This document shows positions 1-10,408 of a stretch of 64,000 bases of DNA, one piece after another; positions within the stretch are counted from its first letter, which is position 1; each line of letters begins with the position of its first letter. The notes beneath the pieces were generated by a model, which had not been told where the DNA came from, did not search any database, and saw nothing but the letters and a program-made list of their open reading frames with translations. The DNA comes from Bacteroidales bacterium. GTDB taxonomy: Bacteria; Bacteroidota; Bacteroidia; Bacteroidales; ML635J-15. The translations under genes and the position numbers were made by a program. The stretch lies in the NCBI GenBank assembly GCA_017551515.1, contig JAFZLK010000022.1:12532-76531 (forward strand), in the 5' to 3' direction.

Positions 1-535
1 GTCCCGAAACCGAATAGCACAAAGCGCCATGCACAAAAACCTCCGTTTCGACATCCACCGACTGCATCAGTTGCGACAATTCGTGCATCGTAAGTTCTCG
101 AGCGAGCACTACGCGCGTGAAACCACAATATTTCATATAGTTGCACGATTCAGAATTATGTACCGACATCTGCGTACTGGCATGTAACTGCAATTCTGGG
201 AAAAACCTGCCAACAATGTTAGCCACAGCCAAATCCTGAACTATCAGTGCATCGGGACGGCACTGCGACAATACTGACAAGGTTTCAATAAGTTCTGCCA
301 ACTCGGCATTCTTTATCAGAGTATTAAGCGTAACATACACCTTGCGTCCATGCGAATGTGCCTCTGAAATAACATTTTGCAAGTCGGCGTATGAAAAATT
401 GCGTGCGCGATTGCGAGCATTGAATTTTTTCAATCCGAGATAAACTGCATCGGCACCGCCTTCCATGGCAGCGAAAAACGATTCAATCGTCCCCGATGGC
501 AAAAGTAATTCCGGTTTGAAAAGAGGAGAAGGCAT
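1..535 (-). CDS. U32 family peptidase-like protein (5' part; runs off the window start)
   Basis: Manual translation from ATG at 535: MPSPLFKPELLLPSGTIESFFAAMEGGADAVYLGLKKFNARNRARNF...KVYVTLNT. This is the typical U32 N-terminus (PELL.P.G, GADAVY.G). Not in the supplied ORF track because it is truncated. Confidence 0.85.
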   Translation of the reverse strand, partial: MPSPLFKPELLLPSGTIESFFAAMEGGADAVYLGLKKFNARNRARNFSYADLQNVISEAHSHGRKVYVTLNTLIKNAELAELIETLSVLSQCRPDALIVQDLAVANIVGRFFPELQLHASTQMSVHNSESCNYMKYCGFTRVVLARELTMHELSQLMQSVDVETEVFVHGALCYSVSG

Positions 536-567
536 AAGAATTGGCGTTGAACCAATCGTTCTTTTTC

Positions 568-594
568 AGATCCTGAAACTAGTTCAGGATGACA
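568..594. repeat. Short palindromic REP-like element
   Basis: AGATCCTGAA-ACTAG-TTCAGGATGACA; ATCCTGAA/TTCAGGAT inverted repeat in an intergenic gap. Confidence 0.5.
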
Positions 595-656
595 AAAAGA
601 GCAATTGATAATTATACATTATTAAATTCCAAAATCGTAAATCGTAAATCGCAAAT

Positions 657-2927
657 TTATTTTCCTTTTACATATTCATCTATCGCCTTGGCGGCCGTCT
701 TGCCTGCGCCCATTGCTAAAATCACGGTTGCAGCACCGCTTACAGCATCACCTCCTGCGAAAACGCCCTTGCGCGATGTTGCGCCCTTATCGTCTGCCAT
801 AATGCAATTCCAACGATTGGTGTCAAGTCCAGGTGTTGTTGATGAAATCAACGGATTAGGCGAAGTTCCAATTGACATTATCACCATATCGGCATCAATA
901 ACAAATTCTGAATCAGGAATTACAACAGGACGGCGTCTGCCAGAATCATCGGGTTCTCCAAGTTGCATACGAACGCACTTTATAGCCTTCACCCATGCAT
1001 TGTCATCGCCGAGAATCTCGATAGGATTGCATAGCAAGTCGAACAAAATGCCTTCTTCCTTCGCATGATGCACCTCTTCTGCCCTTGCCGGCAATTCCTC
1101 TTCGGAACGACGGTAAACAATATGCACCTCAGCACCAAGTCGCAACGCTGTACGCGCTGCATCCATAGCGACATTTCCACCGCCGACAACAACTACCTTC
1201 TTGCCGACATAATTTGGTGTTTCGTAACCTTCCTTATAAGCAAAAAGTAGATTGTTTCTTGTCAAAAATTCGTTTGCTGAGACAACGCCACATAGATTTT
1301 CGCCTGGAATATTCATAAAGTTCGGCAAACCTGCACCAGAACCAACAAACACTGCATCGAAATGCTCCTTGTCCATAAGGTCATCTATCGAAACAGAACG
1401 CCCGATTATAACATTCTTCTCGAATTTTGCACCGAGTTTCAGAAGATTCTCCACCTCATGCTTTACAACGGTGTTCTTGGGCAAACGGAACGAAGGAATA
1501 CCATATACAAGCACACCGCCATATTCGTGCAGAGCCTCGAAAATAGTGACATCGTATCCCATAGTCAGAAGTTCCTTTGCACAAGTAAGTCCCGATGGTC
1601 CGCTACCTATCACAGCCACTTTGTGACCGTTTTTCTTAATTTCTACACCAAAATCCAGATTGTTTTCTCGCGCCCAGTCACCGACAAATCTTTCCAACTT
1701 GCCAATTGCAATAGGTTCGCCCTTGATTCCAAGAATACACTTGCCTTCGCACTGCGTTTCCTGTGGACAAACACGACCACAAACAGCAGGCAATGCCGAA
1801 TCCTCGTTGATTATCTTTGCTGCCGATGCAAAATCGCCTTCAGCAACCTTCCCAATGAAATCCGGAATCTTAATTGACACAGGACAACCCGAAACGCACA
1901 TCGGTTTCTTGCATCTGCGGCAACGCTGTGCCTCCTGCATGGCCTCTCCGGCATTGTAACCAAGGCAAACCTCATCGAAATTTGTTGCACGAACCTTTGC
2001 ATCCTGTTCGCGAACAGGAACACGCTTGCTGGCATCGCGCGGTTCATCTATTACGCCACCAATATGGCAGACATGACCTTCGGCTTTTTCCTCTGCTTCG
2101 AGTTGCTTATGCCCCTCAACATTGTTATACATCGCCTGACGCTTCATCGCCTCCTCAAAGTCAACCAAGGACGCATCGAATTCCGGACCATCCACGCAGG
2201 TGAACTTGGTCTTACCACCAACCGAAACACGGCAAGCGCCACACATTCCAGTGCCATCAACCATAAGCGAATTGAGACTTACGGTACACTTTATGCCAAG
2301 TTCGGTGCAGAGTTTCGACACAAACTTCATCATTATCATAGGGCCAATAGAGACAACCTCATCGTACTTGCGACCAGATTCCACCAATTTTCTGAGCATA
2401 TCGGTAACAAGTCCCTTATGCTCTGTTGTTCCATCTTCGGTAACGCAATACAAGTTGCCAGCCATTGACTTCAGTTCGTCAACATATATAAGCAACGACT
2501 CTGTCTTCGCGCCTATTATTACATCGCAATCAACGCCTTGCTCGTGCATCCACTTAACTTGCGGGAAAATAGGAGCAATACCTACGCCACCGCCAATGAA
2601 AGCAACCTTGTAGTCCTTAAGTTTATCCTTCGGTATATGCACAAGTTCCGATGGACGACCGAGTGGACCAACCACATCGCAGAAACAATCGCCGACATTA
2701 TATGTCGCCATCTGCTTTGTTGATTTGCCAACCACCTTGAACACTATTGTCACGGTTCCTGCCTTTGCATCGTTATCGCTGACCGTCAATGGTATTCGTT
2801 CGCCTTTTTCATCCATCTTAACAATCAGGAACTGACCGGGCAATGCCGATTCTGCAATTCTTGGTGCCAGCACATCAAACAACACCATGTCGTCTGTAAT
2901 GTCAACTTTTCTTAAAATCTTATACAT
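657..2927 (-). CDS. Fused NfnA-NfnB (SudB/SudA-type) NADH-dependent ferredoxin:NADP+ oxidoreductase; often annotated as bifunctional PyrK-like/GltD-like protein
   Basis: N-half: PGQF, GERIPLT, GPLG, GGGVG, MVDGTGMCGACRV and CVDGPEF ([2Fe-2S] FNR-like). C-half: CRRCKKPMCVSGCP, CGRVCPQETQCE, GSGPSG, GGGNVAMD and FAGGD (GltD-like). Confidence 0.9.
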   Translation of the reverse strand: MYKILRKVDITDDMVLFDVLAPRIAESALPGQFLIVKMDEKGERIPLTVSDNDAKAGTVTIVFKVVGKSTKQMATYNVGDCFCDVVGPLGRPSELVHIPKDKLKDYKVAFIGGGVGIAPIFPQVKWMHEQGVDCDVIIGAKTESLLIYVDELKSMAGNLYCVTEDGTTEHKGLVTDMLRKLVESGRKYDEVVSIGPMIMMKFVSKLCTELGIKCTVSLNSLMVDGTGMCGACRVSVGGKTKFTCVDGPEFDASLVDFEEAMKRQAMYNNVEGHKQLEAEEKAEGHVCHIGGVIDEPRDASKRVPVREQDAKVRATNFDEVCLGYNAGEAMQEAQRCRRCKKPMCVSGCPVSIKIPDFIGKVAEGDFASAAKIINEDSALPAVCGRVCPQETQCEGKCILGIKGEPIAIGKLERFVGDWARENNLDFGVEIKKNGHKVAVIGSGPSGLTCAKELLTMGYDVTIFEALHEYGGVLVYGIPSFRLPKNTVVKHEVENLLKLGAKFEKNVIIGRSVSIDDLMDKEHFDAVFVGSGAGLPNFMNIPGENLCGVVSANEFLTRNNLLFAYKEGYETPNYVGKKVVVVGGGNVAMDAARTALRLGAEVHIVYRRSEEELPARAEEVHHAKEEGILFDLLCNPIEILGDDNAWVKAIKCVRMQLGEPDDSGRRRPVVIPDSEFVIDADMVIMSIGTSPNPLISSTTPGLDTNRWNCIMADDKGATSRKGVFAGGDAVSGAATVILAMGAGKTAAKAIDEYVKGK

Positions 2928-2942
2928 ATACCTTAATTTTTA

Positions 2943-3090
2943 GTTTCTTGTTTCTATGGCTTACGCCGTTTCTAATGGTTTCTATGTTTCTGGTTGTGGG
3001 CTAACAGGCTTGCAGGCTTAAAGGCTAACAGCCATGGCTGTTTTGCTGTCTCGCTGTTTTTGCTTTTAGCCTTTTCAACTTTCAATTTTT
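2943..3090. repeat. Intergenic GTTTCT/AGAAAC-family repeat; about 88 bp (2993-3080) nearly identical to 54672-54758
   Basis: GTTGTGGGCTAACAGGCTTGCAGGCTTAAAGGCTAACAGCCATGGCTGTTTTGCTGTCTCGCTGTTTT(T)GCTTTTAGCCTTTTCAACT occurs at both loci. Confidence 0.85.
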
Positions 3091-3092
3091 CA

Positions 3093-3821
3093 TTATTTTC
3101 TCAATTCAAAATTAGCACCCAAATAAACTTTTCTTACTTGTGGGTCGTTACTTAAATCCTCGGCAGTTCCGCTCTTCAATATTCCGCCCTCGAAAAGCAG
3201 ATACGCACGGTCGGTGATTGCCAAAGTCTCATGAACATTATGGTCGGTAATAAGCACGCCTATATTCCTGTTTTTCAAGTGCATAACAATGGTCTGAATA
3301 TCATCGACAGCAATCGGGTCAACGCCAGCAAATGGTTCATCCAGCAGAATGAACTTCGGGTCAATTGCCAATGCCCGTGCAATCTCGGTACGCCTGCGCT
3401 CGCCACCCGACAACTGGAAACCCTTGCTCTTGCGAATATGCTTCAGGCTGAATTCTTCCAATAGTTGCTCGGTAATCTCGTTGCGGTCCTTACGACCAAG
3501 CCCCTTTCTGAACTCAAGAATCGCCTTAATGTTATCCTCAACCGAAAGTTTCTGGAAAACAGACTCCTCCTGCGCAAGATAGCCGATTCCCAAACGAGCA
3601 CGCTTATAAATAGGGAGCTTAGTTATTTCCTTGTCATCAAGGAAAATACGACCGCTGTTCGGCTTTATCAGTCCGACTATCATATAAAAAGTGGTAGTTT
3701 TTCCTGCACCATTAGGACCAAGCAAACCAACGATTTCTCCTTGATTTACTTCAACATCAACACCCTTGACCACGGTGCGTTTTCCGTACTGCTTGACCAA
3801 CTGTTCCGTATAAAGTCGCAT
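3093..3821 (-). CDS. lptB: LPS export ABC transporter ATP-binding protein
   Basis: [54 protein letters not shown]. Confidence 0.95.
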   Translation of the reverse strand: MRLYTEQLVKQYGKRTVVKGVDVEVNQGEIVGLLGPNGAGKTTTFYMIVGLIKPNSGRIFLDDKEITKLPIYKRARLGIGYLAQEESVFQKLSVEDNIKAILEFRKGLGRKDRNEITEQLLEEFSLKHIRKSKGFQLSGGERRRTEIARALAIDPKFILLDEPFAGVDPIAVDDIQTIVMHLKNRNIGVLITDHNVHETLAITDRAYLLFEGGILKSGTAEDLSNDPQVRKVYLGANFELRK

Positions 3822-3843
3822 CTGTTCCTAAATTTTCGGTACG

Positions 3844-3917
3844 CAAAAGTACAAATAATAATTTTTTCAACAAAATATCATCTCTTAATTAAGGTATGAT
3901 TTTTTTTATTAATTTTG
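3844..3917. promoter_or_regulatory. Divergent Bacteroidetes-type -7 promoter boxes for lptB and ppdK
   Basis: TACTTTTG on - strand (3844-3851) and TAATTTTG on + strand (3910-3917), both matching TAnnTTTG. Confidence 0.55.
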
Positions 3918-3960
3918 CGCCCGTTTTTTAAAGGAATTATAAATTAAAATTTACTGTTAA

Positions 3961-6690
3961 ATGAGTAAAGTAAAGTATGTTTACACCTTTGGTGGAAAGA
4001 CTGCCGAAGGTAAAGCCGACATGAAAAACTTGTTGGGCGGCAAAGGTGCCAACCTTGCCGAAATGTGTTTGCTGGGACTTCCTGTTCCCGCTGGTTTGAC
4101 AATCACAACTGAATGTTGTACAGCTTACTACGCAAACAATTGCAAGCTCCCCGACACATTGATGGAAGATGTATGGGAAGGAATGAAGAATGTTGAAAAC
4201 ATCATGGGCATGAAATATGGCGACACCGAAAATCCTCTTTTGGTATCGTGCCGTTCGGGCGCTCGCAGCTCTATGCCTGGTATGATGGACACAGTATTGA
4301 ATATTGGTCTGTGCTCAAAGACTATCCCCGGCCTCATAAAGAAGACCAACAACCCTCGTTTCGTTTACGATTCATACCGTCGTCTCATTATGATGTACGC
4401 CGATGTCGTTATGGAAAAGGCTGAAGGCATTGAACCTGCTGACGGCAAGGGCATCCGCAAGATCCTCGACGATATGCTCGATGAATTCAAGCACAACAAA
4501 GGATACAAGTCAGATACAGAAATCACCGCTGACGAACTCAAGCAACTTGCTGAAGAATTCAAGGTAAAGGTAAAAGAAGTTCTCGGAACTGAATTCCCGG
4601 ATGACGCTCGCGCTCAGATGGAAGGCGGTATCAAGGCCGTTTTCAAGTCATGGAACGGAAAGAAGGCTATCTCTTACCGTCGTATCGAAGGTATTCCAGA
4701 TGACTGGGGTACAGCTGTAAACGTTCAGGCAATGGTATTCGGTAACATGGGCGACAACTCTGCAACAGGTGTTGCTTTCACCCGTAACCCAGCTACCGGC
4801 GACAACCAGTTCTACGGCGAATGGCTTATCAACGCTCAGGGCGAAGACGTTGTTGCAGGTATCCGCACCCCGAACCCACTGAACGATGACACAAAGAACG
4901 AACAGAACAAGCACATGAAGTCGATGCAGGAACTCATGCCTCAGACCTACAAGGAACTCTGCGACATCCGCGACATCCTCGAAAAGAGCTTCCACGATAT
5001 GCTTGACATCGAATTCACAATTCAGGACGGAAAACTCTATATGCTCCAGTGCCGTGTTGGTAAGAGAACAGGTGTTGCAGCTCTCACAATGGCTCTCGAT
5101 ATGCTTCACGAAGGCCTTATCGACGAGAAGGAAGTTGTAATGCGCCTCACTCCTGCTCAACTCGATGAACTCCTCCACCCGATTCTCGATGCTGCTGACG
5201 AAAAGAAGCACACCGTAATCGCTAAGGGTCTGCCAGCTGGTCCTGGTGGTGCAGTTGGAAAGGTTGCCCTCACAAGCGAAAAGGCAATGGAATACAACAA
5301 GGCAAAGGTTAAATGCGTTCTCGTAAGAGAAGAAACCAACCCTGAAGACGTTGAAGGTATGCGTGCTGCTGACGGTATCCTTACCGCTCGCGGTGGTATG
5401 ACTTCACACGCTGCTCTTGTTGCTCGTGGATGGGGTAAGTGCTGCATCGTAGGTTGCGAAGATGTAAAGATCGACTTCAAGAAGAACGAAGTTCACATTG
5501 GCGACAAGACCTTCAAGGAAGGCGACCTCCTCAGCCTCAATGGTTCGAAGGGTTGGGTTTACGCCGAAGAAGTAAAGATGATCGACGCTACCGAAAATCC
5601 TCTCTTCCAGGAATTCATGAAGCTCGTTGACAAATACAGAACTATGGGTGTTCGCACCAATGCCGACAATCCAGAAGATGCACAGAACGCTATCAACTTC
5701 GGCGCTGAAGGTATCGGTTTGTTCCGTATCGAGCACATGTTCTACGGAAAGAACAGCGAAAAGCCGTTGGAAAAGCTCCGCAACATGATTCTTTCGAACA
5801 CTACCGAAGAACGCGTTGCTGCTCTCAACGAACTCGAACCTTACATCAAGGAAGCTGCAAAGGGAACATTGAAGGTTATGAACGGCAAGCCGTTGACATT
5901 CAGACTTATGGATCCGCCTCTGCACGAATTCGTACCTCATACCGAAGAAAAGCAGCGTGAAGTTGCAAAGGAACGCGGTATGGATTTGGCAGAACTCAAG
6001 AGCCGTATCGAAGCATTGCACGAAGTTAACCCGATGATGGGTCTGCGTGGTGTTCGTCTTGGTATCGTTTACCCGGAAATCACCGAAACTCAGTTCCGCG
6101 CTTTGTTCGAAGCTACAGCTGAACTTATGAAGGAAGGTTTCGATCCACATCTGGAAATCATGGTTCCATTGACAATCAATGTTAAGGAATTGAAGCACCA
6201 GAAGGAAATCGCCAACAGAGTTAAGGCAGAAGTAGAAAAGAAGATGGGTGTTACAATCAACTACATGTACGGAACAATGATTGAAATTCCGCGTGCTACT
6301 TTGGTTGCTGACCAGATTGCAGAAGTTGCAGAATTCTTCTCATTCGGAACCAACGACCTCACTCAGATGACTTTAGGTTTCTCGCGTGATGATGTTAACG
6401 AAATCGTTCACACATACGTTGACAACAAGATTATCCCTGCCGACCCATTCAACACATTGGATCAGGAAGGCGTTGGTCAGCTTGTAAAGCTCGGCGTAGA
6501 ACGCGGTCGTTCAACTCGCGAAAAGCTGAAAGTTGGTGTTTGTGGCGAACATGGTGGAGACCCAGCATCTGTTGAATTCTTCTACAAGGCAGGTATGACC
6601 TATGTATCATGCTCACCGTTCAGAGTTCCAGTTGCTCGTCTTGCTGCTGCACAGGCTGCAATCAAGAACTGCAAATGCTCTTGCAAGTAA
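3961..6690 (+). CDS. ppdK: Pyruvate, phosphate dikinase
   Basis: LLGGKGANLAEM, RSGARSSMPGMMDT, GGMTSHAA (phospho-His), FFSFGTNDLTQ, GVCGEHGGDP. Confidence 0.98.
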   Translation: MSKVKYVYTFGGKTAEGKADMKNLLGGKGANLAEMCLLGLPVPAGLTITTECCTAYYANNCKLPDTLMEDVWEGMKNVENIMGMKYGDTENPLLVSCRSGARSSMPGMMDTVLNIGLCSKTIPGLIKKTNNPRFVYDSYRRLIMMYADVVMEKAEGIEPADGKGIRKILDDMLDEFKHNKGYKSDTEITADELKQLAEEFKVKVKEVLGTEFPDDARAQMEGGIKAVFKSWNGKKAISYRRIEGIPDDWGTAVNVQAMVFGNMGDNSATGVAFTRNPATGDNQFYGEWLINAQGEDVVAGIRTPNPLNDDTKNEQNKHMKSMQELMPQTYKELCDIRDILEKSFHDMLDIEFTIQDGKLYMLQCRVGKRTGVAALTMALDMLHEGLIDEKEVVMRLTPAQLDELLHPILDAADEKKHTVIAKGLPAGPGGAVGKVALTSEKAMEYNKAKVKCVLVREETNPEDVEGMRAADGILTARGGMTSHAALVARGWGKCCIVGCEDVKIDFKKNEVHIGDKTFKEGDLLSLNGSKGWVYAEEVKMIDATENPLFQEFMKLVDKYRTMGVRTNADNPEDAQNAINFGAEGIGLFRIEHMFYGKNSEKPLEKLRNMILSNTTEERVAALNELEPYIKEAAKGTLKVMNGKPLTFRLMDPPLHEFVPHTEEKQREVAKERGMDLAELKSRIEALHEVNPMMGLRGVRLGIVYPEITETQFRALFEATAELMKEGFDPHLEIMVPLTINVKELKHQKEIANRVKAEVEKKMGVTINYMYGTMIEIPRATLVADQIAEVAEFFSFGTNDLTQMTLGFSRDDVNEIVHTYVDNKIIPADPFNTLDQEGVGQLVKLGVERGRSTREKLKVGVCGEHGGDPASVEFFYKAGMTYVSCSPFRVPVARLAAAQAAIKNCKCSCK

Positions 6691-6710
6691 TTGAATCAAC
6701 AAGAATAATT

Positions 6711-6743
6711 AAAATAGGGACAGGTTGCTGTCCCTATTTTTTT
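6711..6743 (+). terminator. Intrinsic terminator after ppdK
   Basis: AAAATAGGGACAG-GTTG-CTGTCCCTATTTTTTT, a perfect stem with a T-tract. Confidence 0.85.
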
Positions 6744-6809
6744 ATTAGGTATTGAGAAGCAAAGCCTTGCTTCTCAACAAAACAACCTTTAGCTCGACAA
6801 AGCCAATTT

Positions 6810-6905
6810 CAAACAACCAGAAACAACCAGAAACATAGAAACAATTAGAAACAGGCTTCGCCCATGGAACTTAGAAACAGCGAAGCTTGAAACGCCGCAG
6901 GCACA
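6810..6905. repeat. Intergenic AGAAAC-family repeat with mini-hairpins
   Basis: Repeated (C/T)AGAAAC units plus AGC-GAA-GCT and GCC-GCA-GGC. Confidence 0.7.
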
Positions 6906-6984
6906 AAAAAAAGCCGCTATTACACGGCAATAAAAAACGGCAGCAGTTTCACTGCCGAAATCAAACAATAAAAGGGGACTTTAA

Positions 6985-7275
6985 CTATTGTTCCTCTTCC
7001 ACTTCTGGAAACTCCGGCTCCACAAAGTAATCGGGCTTTTCTGCCTTCATAAAGGACATAACCTCGTCGTAAGCCTGAGTAAACTTGTAAAAATCTTCCT
7101 TGTACAGGAAAATCTTATGCTTCTCGAAACTACCATCTTGAATACGTCTGCTCTCTGTCATCACAAGGTAGTAGTCGCCATTCGCAGTTGCCTTTACATC
7201 AAAGAAATATGTTCTCTTTCCAATCTTTACTGATGTGGAATTTACAATCCTTCTATCTTTCTCAATCGCATCCAT
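6985..7275 (-). CDS. DUF3276 / PUR-family nucleic-acid-binding protein
   Basis: GKRTYFFDVK, YLVMTES, FEKHKIFLYKEDF.KF; divergent from nusB as is usual in Bacteroidetes. Confidence 0.9.
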   Translation of the reverse strand: MDAIEKDRRIVNSTSVKIGKRTYFFDVKATANGDYYLVMTESRRIQDGSFEKHKIFLYKEDFYKFTQAYDEVMSFMKAEKPDYFVEPEFPEVEEEQ

Positions 7276-7428
7276 AACTAAAATTTTGTCGGGACAAATT
7301 TAGACAAATAACTTGATAATGCAAATTTAATCTTAAAAATTAACAAGAAAAAGTGAAATTAATACTCAAAAAGATTATGCACTTATTAATAGAATAACTA
7401 AATTTGCGCAAATAATTTTGCATTAACG

Positions 7429-8373
7429 ATGATTAGCAGAAGATTGGTTAGGATAAAAGCAGTTCAGACATATTACGCTTTTGTTCAAGGGAATTACGAT
7501 GGTTCGCTGGAGAAAGTCTGGGAAGCTCTCGAAATGAGCATTGAAAAGTCATACGAACTTTTTGTGGAAACTTTCTGCCTAATGGTGGCTATTGCCGACC
7601 ATGCCGAATACAAGATAGAATTCAACCGCAACAAGTTGCTTCCAACCGAAGAAGACCTGAACCCAAACCGCAAATTCGTTGACAACCGAATTATACAGGC
7701 ATTCCGCTCCGAACCTACCATAAAGAAATACATGGAGAACGCCAGCTCCAACTGGTCGGAACACTACGAGTTCGTAAGAGGAATCTTCAACAAGATGGCA
7801 AATTCGGAGTTCTACAAGAACTACATGGAAGACGAAAGCCATAGTCTAAAGCAGGATACAGACTTGATTTGCAAGATTATAAACAAATACCTCGTAGATA
7901 ACGCTGACCTCGATGAAATACTCGAAACCGAAAGCATCTACTGGAACGATGACATCGAATTTGCACTCAGCAACCTGATACAGACAATAAAGAAGCTTAA
8001 CGATGAAAACATAGACAAGTTCAGGCTTCCTCCTGTTTTCAAAAACGAAGAAGACCGCGAATTTGCACACACTCTCATAAAAAGCACCTGCCTGTTCCGC
8101 CAGAAATTTGACGAGCTAATCGAAAAGAACCTGCAAAAATGGGAACTTCAGCGCATCGCATTCATGGACAGGGTAATACTCCACCTCGCTCTATGCGAAA
8201 TGACACAGTTCCCCGAACTTCCAATAAGAGTTACCATAAACGAATACATTGAAATCGCCAAGGGATACAGCACCGAAAAGAGCGGGACATTCGTCAACGG
8301 CATCCTCGACAGGATATACAACCAAAGCAAAAACGACAACACGCTTAACAAAATAGGCATGGGACTATTATAG
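7429..8373 (+). CDS. nusB: Transcription antitermination factor NusB (long Bacteroidetes form)
   Basis: MISRRLVRIK N-terminus; WELQRIAFMDRVIL, VTINEYIEIAKGYST.KSG.FVNGILD. Confidence 0.93.
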   Translation: MISRRLVRIKAVQTYYAFVQGNYDGSLEKVWEALEMSIEKSYELFVETFCLMVAIADHAEYKIEFNRNKLLPTEEDLNPNRKFVDNRIIQAFRSEPTIKKYMENASSNWSEHYEFVRGIFNKMANSEFYKNYMEDESHSLKQDTDLICKIINKYLVDNADLDEILETESIYWNDDIEFALSNLIQTIKKLNDENIDKFRLPPVFKNEEDREFAHTLIKSTCLFRQKFDELIEKNLQKWELQRIAFMDRVILHLALCEMTQFPELPIRVTINEYIEIAKGYSTEKSGTFVNGILDRIYNQSKNDNTLNKIGMGLL

Positions 8374-8416
8374 ATAATTTCGGGGCAACTAAATCAACGC
8401 TTAGCAACCAAAAAAC

Positions 8417-8537
8417 ACAGAAACTCAGAAACCTAGAAACACAGAAACCCAGAAACTTAGAAACTTAGAAACTTAGAAACTTAGAAACGCCGCAGGCATA
8501 GAAACTTAGAAACACAGAAACCAAGAAACTCATAGAA
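8417..8537 (+). repeat. Tandem 8-bp NNAGAAAC array with an embedded GCC-GCA-GGC mini-hairpin, ending at the next start codon
   Basis: acagaaac tcagaaac ctagaaac acagaaac ccagaaac ttagaaac x4 gccgcaggc atagaaac ... Confidence 0.9.
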
Positions 8538-9002
8538 ATGAAAAAATTATCAATCATACTAATCGTCATAATGGCTTTCACCACAATATCGTGCAAGGAA
8601 ACCCCGAAGACAGGTGGCGGTGAATACGGAATCGACAATCCCATTTCAGCCGACAATGTGGACGACTACACAAAGGCTAGTGATGGAATGCCAAAGATGG
8701 TATTCTCCGAAACAGAATACAACTTCGGCACAGTGATTCAAGGCGAAAAGGTGACGCACAAGTTCAAGTTTACAAACACTGGAGATGGAAACCTAGTGAT
8801 TTCTAGTGTAAAGCCATCGTGCGGATGCACATCTCCCAAATGGACGCGTGAACCCGTTAGACCCGGCGAAGAAGGATATGTGGAACTAACTTTCGACAGT
8901 TCCAACAAGAACGGAATGCAAAACAAGAATGTGCGCATCTCCGCCAATACCGACCCAAACGAACATGTACTATATATTAGGTGCGATGTCGTTGCAAAAT
9001 AG
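8538..9002 (+). CDS. DUF1573 domain lipoprotein
   Basis: Lipobox TISC; FKFTNTG..LVI..V.PSCGCT; conserved position between nusB and yajC. Confidence 0.88.
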   Translation: MKKLSIILIVIMAFTTISCKETPKTGGGEYGIDNPISADNVDDYTKASDGMPKMVFSETEYNFGTVIQGEKVTHKFKFTNTGDGNLVISSVKPSCGCTSPKWTREPVRPGEEGYVELTFDSSNKNGMQNKNVRISANTDPNEHVLYIRCDVVAK

Positions 9003-9025
9003 TTAACTAATTTAAAATCATTTAT

Positions 9026-9385
9026 ATGCAAAACATGTTATTAATTTTATTACAGGACGCAGCACAGGAAGCTCCGAAGTCGAACATCTGGATGAATGTA
9101 ATTTTCTGGGTACTGCTAATCGCAGTAATCTATTTCTTCATGATTAGACCAGCATCGAAGCGCAACAAGGAAGCACAAAAGTTCAAAGAAAGCCTCAAGA
9201 AGGGCAGCAAGGTAATAACCGCAGGCGGTGTTTACGGAATCATCGATGAACTCAGCGACACATACGTGCTTCTCGAAATTGCAAACGGCGTGAAAATCAA
9301 GATTGACAAGAACTCAATCGTAAGCTTCACCGAAGCCGAAAGCAAAGATGACAAGTCGGGCAACGAAGCATCCGAAAAGAAATAG
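9026..9385 (+). CDS. yajC: Preprotein translocase subunit YajC
   Basis: TM segment then YFFMIRP, LKKGSKVITAGGVYG. Confidence 0.95.
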   Translation: MQNMLLILLQDAAQEAPKSNIWMNVIFWVLLIAVIYFFMIRPASKRNKEAQKFKESLKKGSKVITAGGVYGIIDELSDTYVLLEIANGVKIKIDKNSIVSFTEAESKDDKSGNEASEKK

Positions 9386-9406
9386 TCCTAATAATCACAT
9401 CTTTGG

Positions 9407-10408
9407 ATGACAGAACAGCAGGAACCAAATAAGAAAGGGAATCCCGTTGTAAAGGTGGTCAATAACAGAAATTTTCTGGTATTCCTTGTTTTTGTTGTCC
9501 TGTCATTCTTCCTTTGGTTCCTCAACTACCTCAACAAGAACCTCACCAGCGACATAACCATAAAGTACAAGTTCAAAAACATCCCCAAGACAATAAGCAA
9601 CGAGAGTTCTCACAGCGGAGAACTTTTTGTAACGGCATCGGGACAAGGATACAACCTTTTTCAGGAAAGCTTCAAGACGAGGAATATTCCGCTAAGCATT
9701 GACCTTGAAACAAAAGCACAAGATAGCCGTCCATTGCTGAAATATGCTAGCAGTAAGGGAAAAGCCTACATCATAACCAACGACCTTAGACCGCTAATTA
9801 GGAAAAAAGTAGGTGAAAAAATAAACCTCGGCGATATAAAACCCGACACAATCTTCTTCGACATCATAAATGTAAAGGAGAAAAAAGTCCCCGTTGACAT
9901 TTCAAACATCACATACAAGCTTATTGACGGACAAAGAATAACTAAGACAATGATTGTCCCCGACTCTGTAAGCATCATCGGAAAAATAGCAAGCATCGAC
10001 AGCATTGTTTCAATTGGCGTTGAAGATGAGAACCTCGGTTTGCTAAAGGCAAAAAAACAATACAACCTTGTACTCGACATACCCGATGGCATAAGTGCAT
10101 CACAATCAATTGTAAGCATTTCGCACGAAATTGGAATGTTTACAAAGGCAAGCAAACGCATAAAAATAAAGGCAGTCAACTTTCCTCCAGAATATTCGTG
10201 CACGATTCTACCTCAATATGTTGATGTGAACTACCTTGTACAGCTTTCACACTACAACAATGTACAGGAATACAATTTCACAGCCACTGCCGATTATCAG
10301 AACGCTAAAGGTAACATCATCGAAATCAAAGTTCTGTCAAACGACGGCAAAGTACAAATACTACGAAGCGCACCCGAAACCTGCAGCTTTATACTCGAAA
10401 AGAAATGA
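9407..10408 (+). CDS. YbbR/CdaR-like membrane-anchored protein
   Basis: N-terminal TM (FLVFVVLSFFLWFL), PDTI/PDSV.I.G beta-rich repeats; synteny yajC-YbbR-coaE. Confidence 0.75.
   Translation: MTEQQEPNKKGNPVVKVVNNRNFLVFLVFVVLSFFLWFLNYLNKNLTSDITIKYKFKNIPKTISNESSHSGELFVTASGQGYNLFQESFKTRNIPLSIDLETKAQDSRPLLKYASSKGKAYIITNDLRPLIRKKVGEKINLGDIKPDTIFFDIINVKEKKVPVDISNITYKLIDGQRITKTMIVPDSVSIIGKIASIDSIVSIGVEDENLGLLKAKKQYNLVLDIPDGISASQSIVSISHEIGMFTKASKRIKIKAVNFPPEYSCTILPQYVDVNYLVQLSHYNNVQEYNFTATADYQNAKGNIIEIKVLSNDGKVQILRSAPETCSFILEKK

Noticed and set aside
657-2927. Glutamate synthase
   Set aside because: No large subunit nearby; fusion to a PyrK/FNR-like domain fits NfnAB better
4128-6198. Long antisense ORFs inside ppdK (similarly inside glyA, gap, pheT and the lipoprotein gene)
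   Set aside because: Expected shadows of biased codon usage in real genes; no recognisable motifs
8417-8537. Possible CRISPR array (also 38616-38724 and the BspA repeats)
   Set aside because: Units are 7-8 bp with no unique spacers, or are in-frame coding repeats; no cas genes in the window
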